Source of the DNA: a virus
Taxonomy: Duplodnaviria > Caudoviricetes
Virus record (IMG/VR): IMGVR_UViG_3300036766_000591
Location: 1 to 50,708 of that record
DNA: 50,708 nucleotides
Reading direction: 5' to 3' (one strand)
A program made the position numbers and the translations under genes. Positions 1-8,887 of the stretch are shown here, in pieces (the first letter of the stretch is position 1; each line of letters begins with the position of its first letter). Below the pieces are notes generated by a model, which was given only the letters and a program-made list of their open reading frames with translations, had not been told where the DNA came from and ran no database searches.

Positions 1-127
1 ATGTCACGCACGTCAACCGGCCGAAGATTGGCGAAGCGTGGATCGGGAACACGCCCAAGTTCCAGCAACGCCAACGCGAGCCGCATCTTCAACTCAGCCA
101 GCGTCTCCGCGCTGACGGCGGGCCGGG
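1..127. repeat. Exact 127-bp direct repeat, copy 1 (copy 2 at 43807-43933)
   Basis: Identical base by base (ATGTCACGCA...GGCCGGG); the copies diverge at 128 (A) versus 43934 (C). Confidence 0.97.
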
Positions 128-557
128 ACGCCGCGAGGCGCAGGGCGACGATGCGCTCGACGACGGTCACAACGTCCTCAATGGAGGTCGCTAACTCCGG
201 CGCCTGCCAGCCATAGAGCACGGTCAGTAACCTGTCCTGCTCCTCGTCGGTCAGCGTGACCGAGGGCGCGGAGGGGAGTTCGCCGTCCAGGCGAAGCAGA
301 TAACGACCCTCGCGCCAGGAGGTAGGGCCTCGGATTTCCGCCTCCGGCCCTGTGCGTTTTAAGGTCGCGTCCGACCCCTCCTCACGCGCCCCGCTCTCAC
401 CGGGACCGACCCCAGGCTCCGGCACGACCCGCTGGCAGCGAGCGTCGGCGAGTGTACCGTCGTCGTTGTGCGTGTACGGCCACACCGAGGAACCCTTGCC
501 GACGATTTCCTTCGGCTCCCTGCATCGGCTGCACCGAGGCCCCGAAGCGTCGGTCAT
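1..557 (-). CDS. Modular early protein, 5' part (MTDASGPRCSRC...ALRLAASRPAVSAETLAELK); continues into 43806-43701 if the genome is circularised (220 aa)
   Basis: ATG at 557 overlaps the upstream stop (ATGA). The frame is open to the window edge, and 557+106 nt = 663 nt, in frame with the stop at 43701. Not in the supplied ORF track. Confidence 0.75.
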   Translation of the reverse strand, partial: MTDASGPRCSRCREPKEIVGKGSSVWPYTHNDDGTLADARCQRVVPEPGVGPGESGAREEGSDATLKRTGPEAEIRGPTSWREGRYLLRLDGELPSAPSVTLTDEEQDRLLTVLYGWQAPELATSIEDVVTVVERIVALRLAASRPAVSAETLAELKMRLALALLELGRVPDPRFANLRPVDVRD

Positions 558-2233
558 GGCGTGCATGGATCGGTGCCGTCGTCATGATGCATCCAGCCAG
601 CCGGTTGCAGTGTGCCGTGCTCGTCTCCTACGAAACGCACCAAGACCACGCGCCCACACGCACGACAGGTCGGTGGCGCATCGTCTGTCACGGTGTCCGG
701 TCGGGCTTGAACTAGTATTAGCCGTTCACTATTTCCGCTCATCCGGTCCCCTTGCGGCGTGCGACCGCCGCCTTCGCTGCGGCCTTGGCGTCCTTCAGGG
801 TGTGTGACCAGTTGCCCTCGCACACCTGGAGAACGAACCAAACCCAGCCGGGAGCCCAAGTGTCGCGCAGGATGAGCGCGGAGCGAAGCTCGAAGCCATC
901 CACGAGCGCGTACTGCCCCGGGGCGACCCGCACCCAGCGCACGCCGGGCGGGCTCACGGCTCCTCGCTTACGATGAAGCCGAAGGGCGGCGTCCCGTCCG
1001 CGATGCTCTGCCAGTGGACGCGCACGTCAGGATGCACCACGTTGCCGTCAGGATGCTCCGCGAGCTTCTTCGCGGCCTGCTCGCGCACCCATGTCCATGT
1101 CTCAGGGCTGATGCGCTGCGCGAAGCGGTCGTCGTATTGCGGATAGAGCAGATTGGCGAAGGACTGAATCCGCTTCGGTCCTTTCTCGCCGGGGCTACCC
1201 CAACCTTCGAGCAAGTCCCAACCGACGCACCCAGCCTGGAATCCCGTGATGCCGCCGCACGGCGCATGTTCGACTGCCCACGCCGCGCCGAGCGCCGCCG
1301 CAGCGATGGCGCGACAGATCGTGCCGTAGTCGTGCGGGTGCGCCACCAGCTTCTCCAAAAAGGCGGGCAGCGTCACCAGCGTTTGAGTCTTGGCTTCTGT
1401 GAACCATTCGTCACGCAACTTCAGTTCGTCGTTCATCCTTCCCTCGCCTTCCGGTAGGCTCGCACCGCGTCGAGCAACGTGGGGCCGTAGAACGAACGCG
1501 GCGTCAGTTTGCCGTCGAGCGTGATTACCTCGACGCGCATATCGCCGTCGTCCTCGGTTCCCTTGTAGAGGCGGACGATTCCCGTCTCCATGAGGTCGAA
1601 GGCGTCGGCCTTCTCGACCACGTCAGCGAGCAGGGCGCGCAGGCGCAGGTCGCTCGGATTGTCCCAGCCGTCGTTAAACAGCGCGCGCACCTCGCGCACC
1701 AGCGTATCCAACGCGGCGTCAGTCACCCACCACCTCCACCGCCGGTACGCGCATGGCGCCCTCGGCCTGTGCGCGCCGCACCTCGCGATCGCGCTCCCGT
1801 TCGGCCCGCTCCCGGTCCTCGGTCGCGAACCGCGCCGCGCCCCAAGCGTCGCGCACGAGGTAGATCACAGGCCGATCGCCGCCGCGAGTTCGTCTTCGAG
1901 GATGTGCTCGACCCGCATCTCCAGCAGCGTCCGGCCCGGCGCCTTCGCCGATCGCCGCATCAGCATGTAGGCGGTCGCCGCCAGCATAACGTCGTCCCAC
2001 CCCTCGCCGGCCGGAAGCAAGTCAGGATCAACTACAGGGCCGCCACCCGGATGTCCTCGAAGAGTACGCGACTCGAACCGCGCTCGCGCCTGCCTCCGAC
2101 ACTCCTTCGCGGCGTCGGCTACCCGTTCCTTCGGCGGCTCCTTCTCGACCTCCGGCCGGAACACCTCGGCCGGCGCCTTGTCGCCGAAGACGCGCCGGGG
2201 CGCGGCCTCCGGCCGGCCGAGCATGTCGGTCAT
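554..2233 (-). CDS. Cluster of small coupled hypothetical early genes: 554-742, 739-957, 954-1436, 1433-1726, 1719-1868, 1865-2233
   Basis: Chain of mostly ATGA/GTGA start-stop overlaps with protein-like composition; no recognisable families. Confidence 0.7.
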
Positions 2234-2955
2234 TCCTGCGCCGCCTGACGGTCCAGCGCCGCGTCCTCTTCGCTCCGCTCGCCGGCCGGGGCCGCGGTGT
2301 CGTCGCACGTCTCGGCCGCGGCCACCACGTCCTCCAGCTCGTCGGGCGCGTCGAGCCGCCGCCGCTCCATCTCGGCCTCGGCTGCGGCGATGAACCGCGT
2401 CGAGATCTCGGTGAGTTCCTCATCGAGCGGGAAGGCGAGCCGCAGCGCGTCGTAGCGCGCGCGCTTGCGCGCCATCTCCGCGGGGTGCTTGGCGATCGGG
2501 GTGTACTTCGTGCGCTCGCCCGCGCGCGCGGCGTCTACCTCGGCGCGCGTCACCTTGCCCCAACCCCGGAAGGGGTGCGCGGCGCCCTTGCGCCACACGT
2601 CGGCGATCCACACGATGTCGTTGGCCTCGTAGCCGGCGCCGGTGCGATCGAGGCTACTGGCGGGCTTGGCGTGCATACCGTCGAAGAGCCCGTTAGCGTG
2701 CGCGGCGCGGATGCGGCCGAGGATGGTGATGTAAAACCGGCCCTGGTAGATCATCACCTCGCCCAGCTCGGGCCGGAGCCCGGTGTGCTGGCCGAAGGCG
2801 ATGAGCGCGCCGCGCTGCTGCTCGGCGGGGATCTTGTCGAGGTCGGTGCGCGAGGCGACCTCGAGGAACGCCTTGCGCTGGGGGACGGTGAGGGCGCCGC
2901 CTTCGGTCGCTTCGAGCTTGGCGACGGCGCTCCCCGGCTTCACGGTTGCGGTCAT
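2230..2955 (-). CDS. RecT/Redbeta-like single-strand annealing protein
   Basis: Motifs GLRP..GEV, YITILG and HPAEMARKRA..ALRLAFP plus an acidic tail resemble the RecT/Bet family. Confidence 0.7.
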   Translation of the reverse strand: MTATVKPGSAVAKLEATEGGALTVPQRKAFLEVASRTDLDKIPAEQQRGALIAFGQHTGLRPELGEVMIYQGRFYITILGRIRAAHANGLFDGMHAKPASSLDRTGAGYEANDIVWIADVWRKGAAHPFRGWGKVTRAEVDAARAGERTKYTPIAKHPAEMARKRARYDALRLAFPLDEELTEISTRFIAAAEAEMERRRLDAPDELEDVVAAAETCDDTAAPAGERSEEDAALDRQAAQE

Positions 2956-2958
2956 GCG

Positions 2959-3288
2959 TTACACCTCTATGGTGCTGCGGGTGGCGATGAGGGCGATGCC
3001 GAGCTTGGCGCGCAGCCGCGCCGTCTCGGCCGCGGCGAGTTGCAGTTCCTTGGCGTGCTCCGTGCCGCCGATCGTGGCTTGCAGGCTCTGGTAATCCGGG
3101 TCCGTGCGCGCCGCGTCCTCGCTATCCTTTTGCGTCTTGCCGGTGGCGCGGAAGCGATCGTAGATCGCGACCCGGAGGGTGATGCGCTCGGCCTCGAGGT
3201 CCACCAACTTGCGGGCGTAGTCGGCGGCGCAGATGCGGCTCGCCTCCATCTCGCCGATGTACTGTTCGATGTCCTCTTCGGTTCTCAT
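2959..3288 (-). CDS. Helical protein, possibly a UvsY-like recombination mediator
   Basis: Coiled-coil 109 aa with a T.KD.ED.A..DP.Y pattern, adjacent to the annealing protein gene; the function is inferred. Confidence 0.45.
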   Translation of the reverse strand: MRTEEDIEQYIGEMEASRICAADYARKLVDLEAERITLRVAIYDRFRATGKTQKDSEDAARTDPDYQSLQATIGGTEHAKELQLAAAETARLRAKLGIALIATRSTIEV

Positions 3289-3903
3289 GGTTGGCTCTCC
3301 GGTGGCGCGGCCTCGGCGACCGAGACCGCGATGTGCAAGTCGATGCGCGTGATCTCGGCGCAGACAGCGGCCAGCTCCATCACCAGCCTCGCCTTCCGTT
3401 CTTTGGCTTCGATGAGCGCGTCAGGCAGGTTCTTCTCGATCGCTTTCAAGACCGAGCCGATGCCGTTGCCGCCCCGCTCTGAGGTCTCGCGGCGCTCCGC
3501 GTCCCGCACGGTTTTGGGTTCCACGGTGCCGAGGTCGGGCTTGTTCACAGGCCGGCGCCGCGCGCGCGGTCCACCGGCGAGCCCAAGGGGCGCCCGAAGA
3601 GCAGCGCGGCGCCGAGCAGGAGGAGCGTCAAGCCGAGGAGCTTCATTCGGTATCCCACGCGTTGGGGTCGCGCGCCTGCGCGGCGAGCCGGATGCGCTGG
3701 CGGGCGGCAAGGATCGCAAAGTTCTGCGCGAAATGCCGGCCGAACTGGCGGCCAGCCTCGACCAACTCTTGGTGGCGGCGCGCCTTCTCCCACCGCTCGC
3801 GGTGCGCGCGCCAGAAGCCGACGCCCACGGTCCACGCACACACCAGCACGGTCAGCGCGAGATTGACGAGCGCCCAGTCGAGGAGCATCCGGCCGATGGT
3901 CAC
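3285..3903 (-). CDS. Three small genes: 3285-3548, 3545-3646 (hydrophobic peptide), 3643-3903 (membrane protein)
   Basis: Coupled overlaps; hydrophobic segments LLGLTLLLLGAALLF and WALVNLALTVLVCAWTVGVGFW. Confidence 0.6.
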
Positions 3904-5582
3904 GCGGCCTCCAGTCCGAGCGGGATCTGAGCCTCGGCGTCACGGATGCGCCGCTCGGCGATGGCGACATAGGCCGCCTCGCGCTCGATACCCAAGAAGC
4001 GGCGGCCTTCCAGGACGCACGCGACGCCGGTCGTGCCGGAGCCCATGAAGGGGTCGAGGGCGAGGCCCTGCGGCGGGGTGACGAGCCTAACGAGCCAGCG
4101 CATGAGGTCAACCGGCTTCACGGTGGGATGGTGATTGCGACGCGGAATGTCTACCACTTCGCGGCCCGTCATCGGGTTGATTTTGTGGCCTTCGGCGCCT
4201 ATTAGGACCACCATAGCCTCGCCATCCAGCCCCGCCTCGCGTTCGGCGCGGGACGCCTTCGCGCAGTAGAAGAAGCGCGAGGCGCCGCCGGAGTCGCCAG
4301 AGAAGTGACCCGACCTCTCACCCATTCTCTCGCCCATGTCGGTAGCCCGGCCCTGCCGTATTCCTCCGGGCTGCTTTTCGCCGCTCACCAAGTTCCCGCT
4401 CTGCGCGTCGAGCATCGCCGCCGCGTCCCCGTCCAGCACGACGTTCGCGGGCCAGCGGCCACTAAGCGATGCAGATGCAGCTGTCTCGGCTCCAGTGGCA
4501 GACATCCGGTATCCATCATGAGAGTGCTTCGCAGGGTCGAATCGAGTCATTTCTGGCTTCCCCGCAATCCGGCACGCCTCGATGTTCAGCGCCCCCGTGC
4601 CGTGCGCCGCCACGTTCGCCGCCACCGTGCCGATGAGTGGCTTGCGCGCGAGGATGATCGGCAGCCAATCAGGCGAGAGGTTGCTTTCCTCCGGGCCGGT
4701 TGCCTCGTCGGCAAACCTCCCGATAGCAAGCTCGCCCGCAGTAGTGGAGGCGAGTCTTTCGCACTTGGCAACCACGCTTCTGGAAATACCGACCGCAAGC
4801 GACGCATCGGACGCGACGCCACTTGTCGCGCTCAAGTCCGCGGTGGTGAAGGCGTGCGTGATCCGCGATAGGCACGACCGCAAGATTCTCAGGTCGGTTG
4901 TCAGCGCGCTCGCCGTTGCGGTGGTGTACCTGCTCCTGGGGTCCAAGAGGGCGCCCAAGCATCCGTTCAGCGACGACGCGATGCTCAAGAGCCCAGACGT
5001 TAGGAGCAAGTCGGATGAAGGCGTACCCATCTTTGCGGATGAAACGACCGTGCATAGGGCCTCCCTTGTCGTGGGAGCCAATATAGCCAGTTCTTCCTGC
5101 TCTGACAAGGGTTTACGCGCTAGTATCACGGGCTCGTGTGCTGGCTTGAGCGCCGTGCCCCAACCCTTCCACTCGCCGTCGAGGTTCAGCGACTTCGGGA
5201 AGCCGGAGCCGTAGAGCCAGCACAGACAGTCGCGAATCTCCCAGCCCGCATCCTCGATAGCGCAGGTCAGGCGGTGGAAGGTGCGCGTCCCGCCGAAGGC
5301 CAAGAGGTGCGCGCCGGGCTTCGCCACGCGCAGCACCTCAGACCACGTCTCGATGCCAGGGATCTCGGAGTCCCATGACTGGCCCATGAAGCCGCCGCCG
5401 GTGCCGATGCGCGAGCGTCCAGCGGGTGACGCTTCATTGCGCGACGCTTCGCCGCTCCCGCCCTTCTTGTTGGCGGTTAAGGCATACGGTGGGTCACAGC
5501 AAACGGCGTCCACGCTGCCCGGTGCCAGCGTCCGCAGCACGTCCAAGCAATCGCCGTGGATCACCCTCGCACGGTCGCTCAC
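3900..5582 (-). CDS. DNA N6-adenine/N4-cytosine methyltransferase (beta-class motif order) with an in-frame insertion of ~157 aa
   Basis: GDCLDVL, DPPY, GFPKS, GRWPAN, ASRFFYCAKA, HPTVKP, DPFMGSGTTG. GTG start at 5582 overlaps the upstream stop. Confidence 0.92.
   Translation of the reverse strand: MSDRARVIHGDCLDVLRTLAPGSVDAVCCDPPYALTANKKGGSGEASRNEASPAGRSRIGTGGGFMGQSWDSEIPGIETWSEVLRVAKPGAHLLAFGGTRTFHRLTCAIEDAGWEIRDCLCWLYGSGFPKSLNLDGEWKGWGTALKPAHEPVILARKPLSEQEELAILAPTTREALCTVVSSAKMGTPSSDLLLTSGLLSIASSLNGCLGALLDPRSRYTTATASALTTDLRILRSCLSRITHAFTTADLSATSGVASDASLAVGISRSVVAKCERLASTTAGELAIGRFADEATGPEESNLSPDWLPIILARKPLIGTVAANVAAHGTGALNIEACRIAGKPEMTRFDPAKHSHDGYRMSATGAETAASASLSGRWPANVVLDGDAAAMLDAQSGNLVSGEKQPGGIRQGRATDMGERMGERSGHFSGDSGGASRFFYCAKASRAEREAGLDGEAMVVLIGAEGHKINPMTGREVVDIPRRNHHPTVKPVDLMRWLVRLVTPPQGLALDPFMGSGTTGVACVLEGRRFLGIEREAAYVAIAERRIRDAEAQIPLGLEAA
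4669..5055 (-). CDS. HNH endonuclease (HNH_3-like) with a C-terminal zinc finger, nested in another frame of the methyltransferase
   Basis: DGY..., EHRVVAERMLGRPL..EQVHHRNGERADNRPENL, CVAC...YCGRAC; Shine-Dalgarno AAGGGAGG lies 4 nt before the ATG. Confidence 0.85.
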   Translation of the reverse strand: MHGRFIRKDGYAFIRLAPNVWALEHRVVAERMLGRPLGPQEQVHHRNGERADNRPENLAVVPIADHARLHHRGLERDKWRRVRCVACGRYFQKRGCQVRKTRLHYCGRACYREVCRRGNRPGGKQPLA

Positions 5583-6692
5583 GCCACACGCCCTTCGGCC
5601 TTGGCCGCCAGCGCGAGGTACGAATCCGCCAACTCGCGGAGCTGCGCGCGCGCCGAGTCGAAGCTCACGCGGTTCGCCGCGTCCGCCTTCTTGAGCGCGC
5701 GCTCGGCGCGACTGAGCGCGAACGCCGTGACGCTCGGCGTCTCGATGATCGGCAGGCCGCAATGCGCGCAGGGGGGTGGAGGAATCGTCTTCACGCGGGC
5801 GGCCCGTCCGGGGCGGGAGCCGCGAGCAGGGCGCGGGCGTGAAACGCGGCGTCCTCGCACATCGGCGCGAGTTGCCGGTCGCGCTCGTACCCGAGGTCGC
5901 GCATACGCGCGGCGGCGAACGTCAGGGCTTTCTCCGATTCGCGCAGCGCCGCGCGCAGCCGGTCGGCCTCCGCGCGGGCAGCGGCAACAACCTCGGTCAT
6001 ACCTGCCGCGCCTTCTTCGGCGTTGCGAGCGCGCCGCACGGCCTCGTCGTAGAGGTTCCGGCAGGCGGCGCGAGCCGCTTCGAGCGGCATGAAATCAGCC
6101 AGCCGATAGCCCGCCTCGGTGGCGCACTTGGCCTCGGACACGACGGCGGCCAGCGCCTCGCGGAAGGGGTCAGACATTCCGATATACCTCGGCGTTCGGG
6201 TGGCAGTACGGCGCGCGGTCGCTGTAGTGAGCGAAGTCGGTGGGCATGTAGCCGTTAGCGACCAGCCATGCGCGGCGCTGCTCGGGCGTAGCGAACGCCT
6301 TGAATATGCGGTCACGCTTCCCCGCTGGAACCGCGGGCGTCAGGAGCCAGAAGGGGCGTGCGATGGCCAGCGGCCAGTCGGATTGAATGAGCCGCGCAGG
6401 CTTCGGCTTACGCGGCATGGTCGGGCTCCGAGGTGAGGCTCGGTGTCGTGGGCGGCGCGGCCATCCATTCCCTCACGGCCTTCGCGTGGGCGCATTGGTC
6501 GTAGGAACCACAGGGCCCGCAGATCAGCAGCACCCGGTCGTCGCCCTCGTCGATGACGGGCCGCTTGCCGAACACGCGGGACGTGGTGCCGCTCGGGAGG
6601 TAGATGACGAGCCAGGCCGCGGTGGCGCCGATGCCCCGCTCGCGCGTGCTCAAGTCCACGGCGCGGACCGCGTAGGCCGCGAGGTTGGTCAC
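5579..6692 (-). CDS. Small early genes: 5579-5794 (CxxC), 5791-6177, 6170-6418, 6408-6692 (Cys/His, SWIM-like pattern)
   Basis: Overlapping coupled ORFs; CAHC and ICGPC...CAH patterns. Confidence 0.6.
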
Positions 6693-6831
6693 GCGCGCCC
6701 CCGTTGCCGCTTGCGCGCCCGCCGCTGCGCCTTCTCGCGCCGCAGGGCCAGCCGCCAGTCCTTGATGGTCCGGTAGTTGTGACTCGCGAGCCGCGGGGTG
6801 AACCGCTCATGGCCCGGCACGGGGACGCGCT

Positions 6832-7050
6832 TCACGCAGCCCGCCGGAGGGCGTCGGCCGCTCGCTGGCTCGGCTGCGTCCTACCCGCCAGCCAGCGGCG
6901 CACGGTGCTCGGGGCGACGCCCAGGAGCCGCGCGAACGCCTGCTGGCTAATCCCCAGGCCCTCGATGCCCCTGCGGAGGTCCGCGGGGCTCAGGGCGGCG
7001 CGTGGGCCGCGTGGCGTAGAACGGCGGGACAGGGTGCGCGGCGTGGTCAT
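6832..7050 (-). CDS. XRE/Cro-like helix-turn-helix regulator
   Basis: LGISQQAFARLLGVAPSTVRRWLAGRTQP is a classic HTH_3 pattern; it is the first gene of the early operon. Confidence 0.85.
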   Translation of the reverse strand: MTTPRTLSRRSTPRGPRAALSPADLRRGIEGLGISQQAFARLLGVAPSTVRRWLAGRTQPSQRAADALRRAA

Positions 7051-7059
7051 GGGGAGACG

Positions 7060-7120
7060 AGAGTAGCGCACCAACTACCCTAGCGCAATAGCGCATATTG
7101 CCACAGTCTTGTGTGGCAAT
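7060..7120 (-). promoter_or_regulatory. Early promoter/operator region
   Basis: Minus-strand TTGCGC-N17-TACTCT lies 9 nt before the HTH ATG. Three TAGCGCA repeats (7064, 7081, 7089) and the inverted repeat ATTGCCACA-N6-TGTGGCAAT (7097-7120) are present. Confidence 0.65.
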
Positions 7121-7173
7121 TTGCAACGCTCTCCCGATGCCACGCACGGCGCCTGGGCGGCCCCGTGGCGGAC

Positions 7174-7767
7174 TCAGAGCCGGCAGGCCACTCCGACCAG
7201 TAGATCGGGCCCCCTAAGCCCCCAGCCCGCGCCGAGGCCCGGCCCACAGCGCCGTAGCCGCCGCTGCCGGGTCGCGACGTCCAGCTGCGCGACCGCCTCA
7301 TGGAGGTCGGCGCTCACGGAATCGGCCGAGCGGTTCGCCGCGGCCCATCGCCCCTTGAACAGGCTCGCGCGCGCCCTCTCGGCCGCAATCTGCACGTCCT
7401 TCTCGGTCAGCTCGCGGGCATGGAGCGCGCCCAGGGAGTCGAACAGCGCGCGCGCCGACGTGTCGGGGAGCAGGATGCGCACGGTATCCGTGAGGTGGGA
7501 GGCCGCCAAGGCGAGCGCGGCCTGTCGGTGGCGGGAGGCGGCGCTGGCCGCCCGGAGAGAGGCTTCGTGCAACAGGGCGAGCGAGTCGCTGGCGTGCCGG
7601 CGGTCCTCGCCCCGCCGGTGGAGCGCGGCGTGCCGGGCGAGGGCCTGATAGTTGGCGCGGGCTTCGGGGTCCGGCCGGTCGTAGGCGCCGCGGGCGAGCC
7701 AGCCCACGAGCGCGAGGGCGGCGTAGGGCAGCCAACGGGGAACCGTAAGTCGTTGTAATATGGCCAC
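7174..7767 (-). CDS. Spanin-like lysis accessory protein (N-terminal TM, coiled coil, C-terminal beta-hairpin-like tail)
   Basis: Last gene of the lysis module; WLPYAALALVGWLA TM segment, Ala-rich helix, and C-terminus GLGAGWGL...LVGVACRL. Confidence 0.55.
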   Translation of the reverse strand: MAILQRLTVPRWLPYAALALVGWLARGAYDRPDPEARANYQALARHAALHRRGEDRRHASDSLALLHEASLRAASAASRHRQAALALAASHLTDTVRILLPDTSARALFDSLGALHARELTEKDVQIAAERARASLFKGRWAAANRSADSVSADLHEAVAQLDVATRQRRLRRCGPGLGAGWGLRGPDLLVGVACRL

Positions 7768-7778
7768 TTAGCCCCCTA

Positions 7779-7807
7779 TTGACTTCCTAGGGCATATGCC
7801 CTATATT
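7779..7807 (+). promoter_or_regulatory. Sigma70-type promoter with an overlapping 16-bp palindromic operator
   Basis: TTGACT(7779)-N17-TATATT(7802); perfect palindrome TAGGGCATATGCCCTA at 7788-7803. Confidence 0.85.
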
Positions 7808-7855
7808 GGTGGTACGGTCAGGGCAATCCCGCCCGACCAGCACCAGGAGCACCAG

Positions 7856-8098
7856 ATGACCCGCACCCCTAGCCTCTCAGTTGAGCGGACCCCCAACGGC
7901 AAAGTCGCACTCGTAGTCCGTAACGCCACCGCCTCGCTGCGGCCATTACTTGACCGCCTCGGGATCGTGCCAGATTGTACGATTACCAACCGGCGCGCGG
8001 TGCTGTGCTCGACACCGGCAGAGCTTGACGCCGCGAGGGAACCACTGCGACAACTGTTCGACGCGCGCGGCCAATGGGTCGGCGCGAGGGAGGGTTGA
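7856..8098 (+). CDS. Hypothetical protein, gene 1 of an inverted cassette
   Basis: AGGAG RBS before the ATG at 7856; 80 aa. Confidence 0.75.
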   Translation: MTRTPSLSVERTPNGKVALVVRNATASLRPLLDRLGIVPDCTITNRRAVLCSTPAELDAAREPLRQLFDARGQWVGAREG

Positions 8099-8101
8099 GG
8101 G

Positions 8102-8518
8102 ATGGTCCGCGATCTCCCGGCAGCGGCGCGCCTCTGCGCCGACGCCATCGCCGCGATGGACGCGGGCACAGTCGAGGTCGCCCGGGTCGCGGTTGGTTGC
8201 GCCCGTCGCGCCCTCAGTCATTGGGGCACCCCTTGGCCTCAGACTGAGGCGCAAGTGGCGCGCCTGCTCGACGCCCCACTGACCACCGACCCCGTCGTGG
8301 CGGCGGCCGAATGGCTGCAACTGGCCGACGACAAGCTGCGCGGTGACGTCGTGACAGGCGACGAGCCCTACGACGTGCGCGAGTATCTGGGACGGGATTA
8401 CCGCAACGTTGGCGAGCCAGAGGGCGCGGTCCTAGCGTGGCTCCAAACGCACCGCACAGCATACCCCCGCACGGCGCGCGCCTACGTGGCAACCGCGCGA
8501 GCGTTGCTCGCCGAGTGA
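8102..8518 (+). CDS. Hypothetical protein, gene 2 of an inverted cassette
   Basis: GAGGG RBS; 138 aa with protein-like composition. Confidence 0.75.
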   Translation: MVRDLPAAARLCADAIAAMDAGTVEVARVAVGCARRALSHWGTPWPQTEAQVARLLDAPLTTDPVVAAAEWLQLADDKLRGDVVTGDEPYDVREYLGRDYRNVGEPEGAVLAWLQTHRTAYPRTARAYVATARALLAE

Positions 8519-8685
8519 CGCCCGTCACGTTGCTCCGCGCCGCGATTGCCGCGTCGGGTCTGTCGGCGCGGCAGTTCGCCGTCCGCGTCCTGCTCCGCGA
8601 CGAGCGCACGGTGCGCCGCTGGCTCGCGGGCGACTCGCCGATCCCGACGCCCGTCGTCGCGTTCCTCGCACGCGAGGGCGGTTAG
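8515..8685 (+). CDS. Small HTH protein, gene 3 of the cassette (probable autoregulator)
   Basis: GTGA overlap; GLSARQFAVRVLLRDERTVRRWLAGDSPIP. Confidence 0.8.
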   Translation: MTPVTLLRAAIAASGLSARQFAVRVLLRDERTVRRWLAGDSPIPTPVVAFLAREGG

Positions 8686-8703
8686 GCAGCCAGCGGGGCA
8701 CCG

Positions 8704-8883
8704 TCACCCGTCCTGCCGTTCCTCGGTGCGCACCGCGTCGCACGCCGCCTGCCAGTGTGCGTTGAGCGACGCGTAGGGCCAGATGACCGTCGAGAGGCGC
8801 CCGTGGCGCCCGAACTCCACCAGGACGCCGGTGGCGAGCGCCGTGAAGCGGACGGGGATACTCAGCGACTCAAGGGACGGCAT
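8704..8883 (-). CDS. Hypothetical 59-aa protein in the lysis module
   Basis: MPSLESLSIPVRF...EERQDG, read manually; starts 4 nt after the endolysin stop. Confidence 0.55.
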   Translation of the reverse strand: MPSLESLSIPVRFTALATGVLVEFGRHGRLSTVIWPYASLNAHWQAACDAVRTEERQDG

Positions 8884-8887
8884 CGGC

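Noticed and set aside
1-127. attL/attR or a biological terminal repeat
   Set aside because: It lies inside a gene, there is no integrase, the terminase module is cos-type, and the length equals a common assembler k-mer.
4635-5147. Intein or group I intron as the explanation for the MTase insert
   Set aside because: There are no Cys/Ser...His-Asn intein ends, and the nuclease is in a different frame. The HNH fills nearly the whole insert, leaving no room for a ribozyme core. Not excluded without RNA data.
7768-8707. A relay ORF across the lysis-module cassette
   Set aside because: The minus-strand frame from GTG 8707 stops at 8525, and the downstream gene has its own start and RBS.
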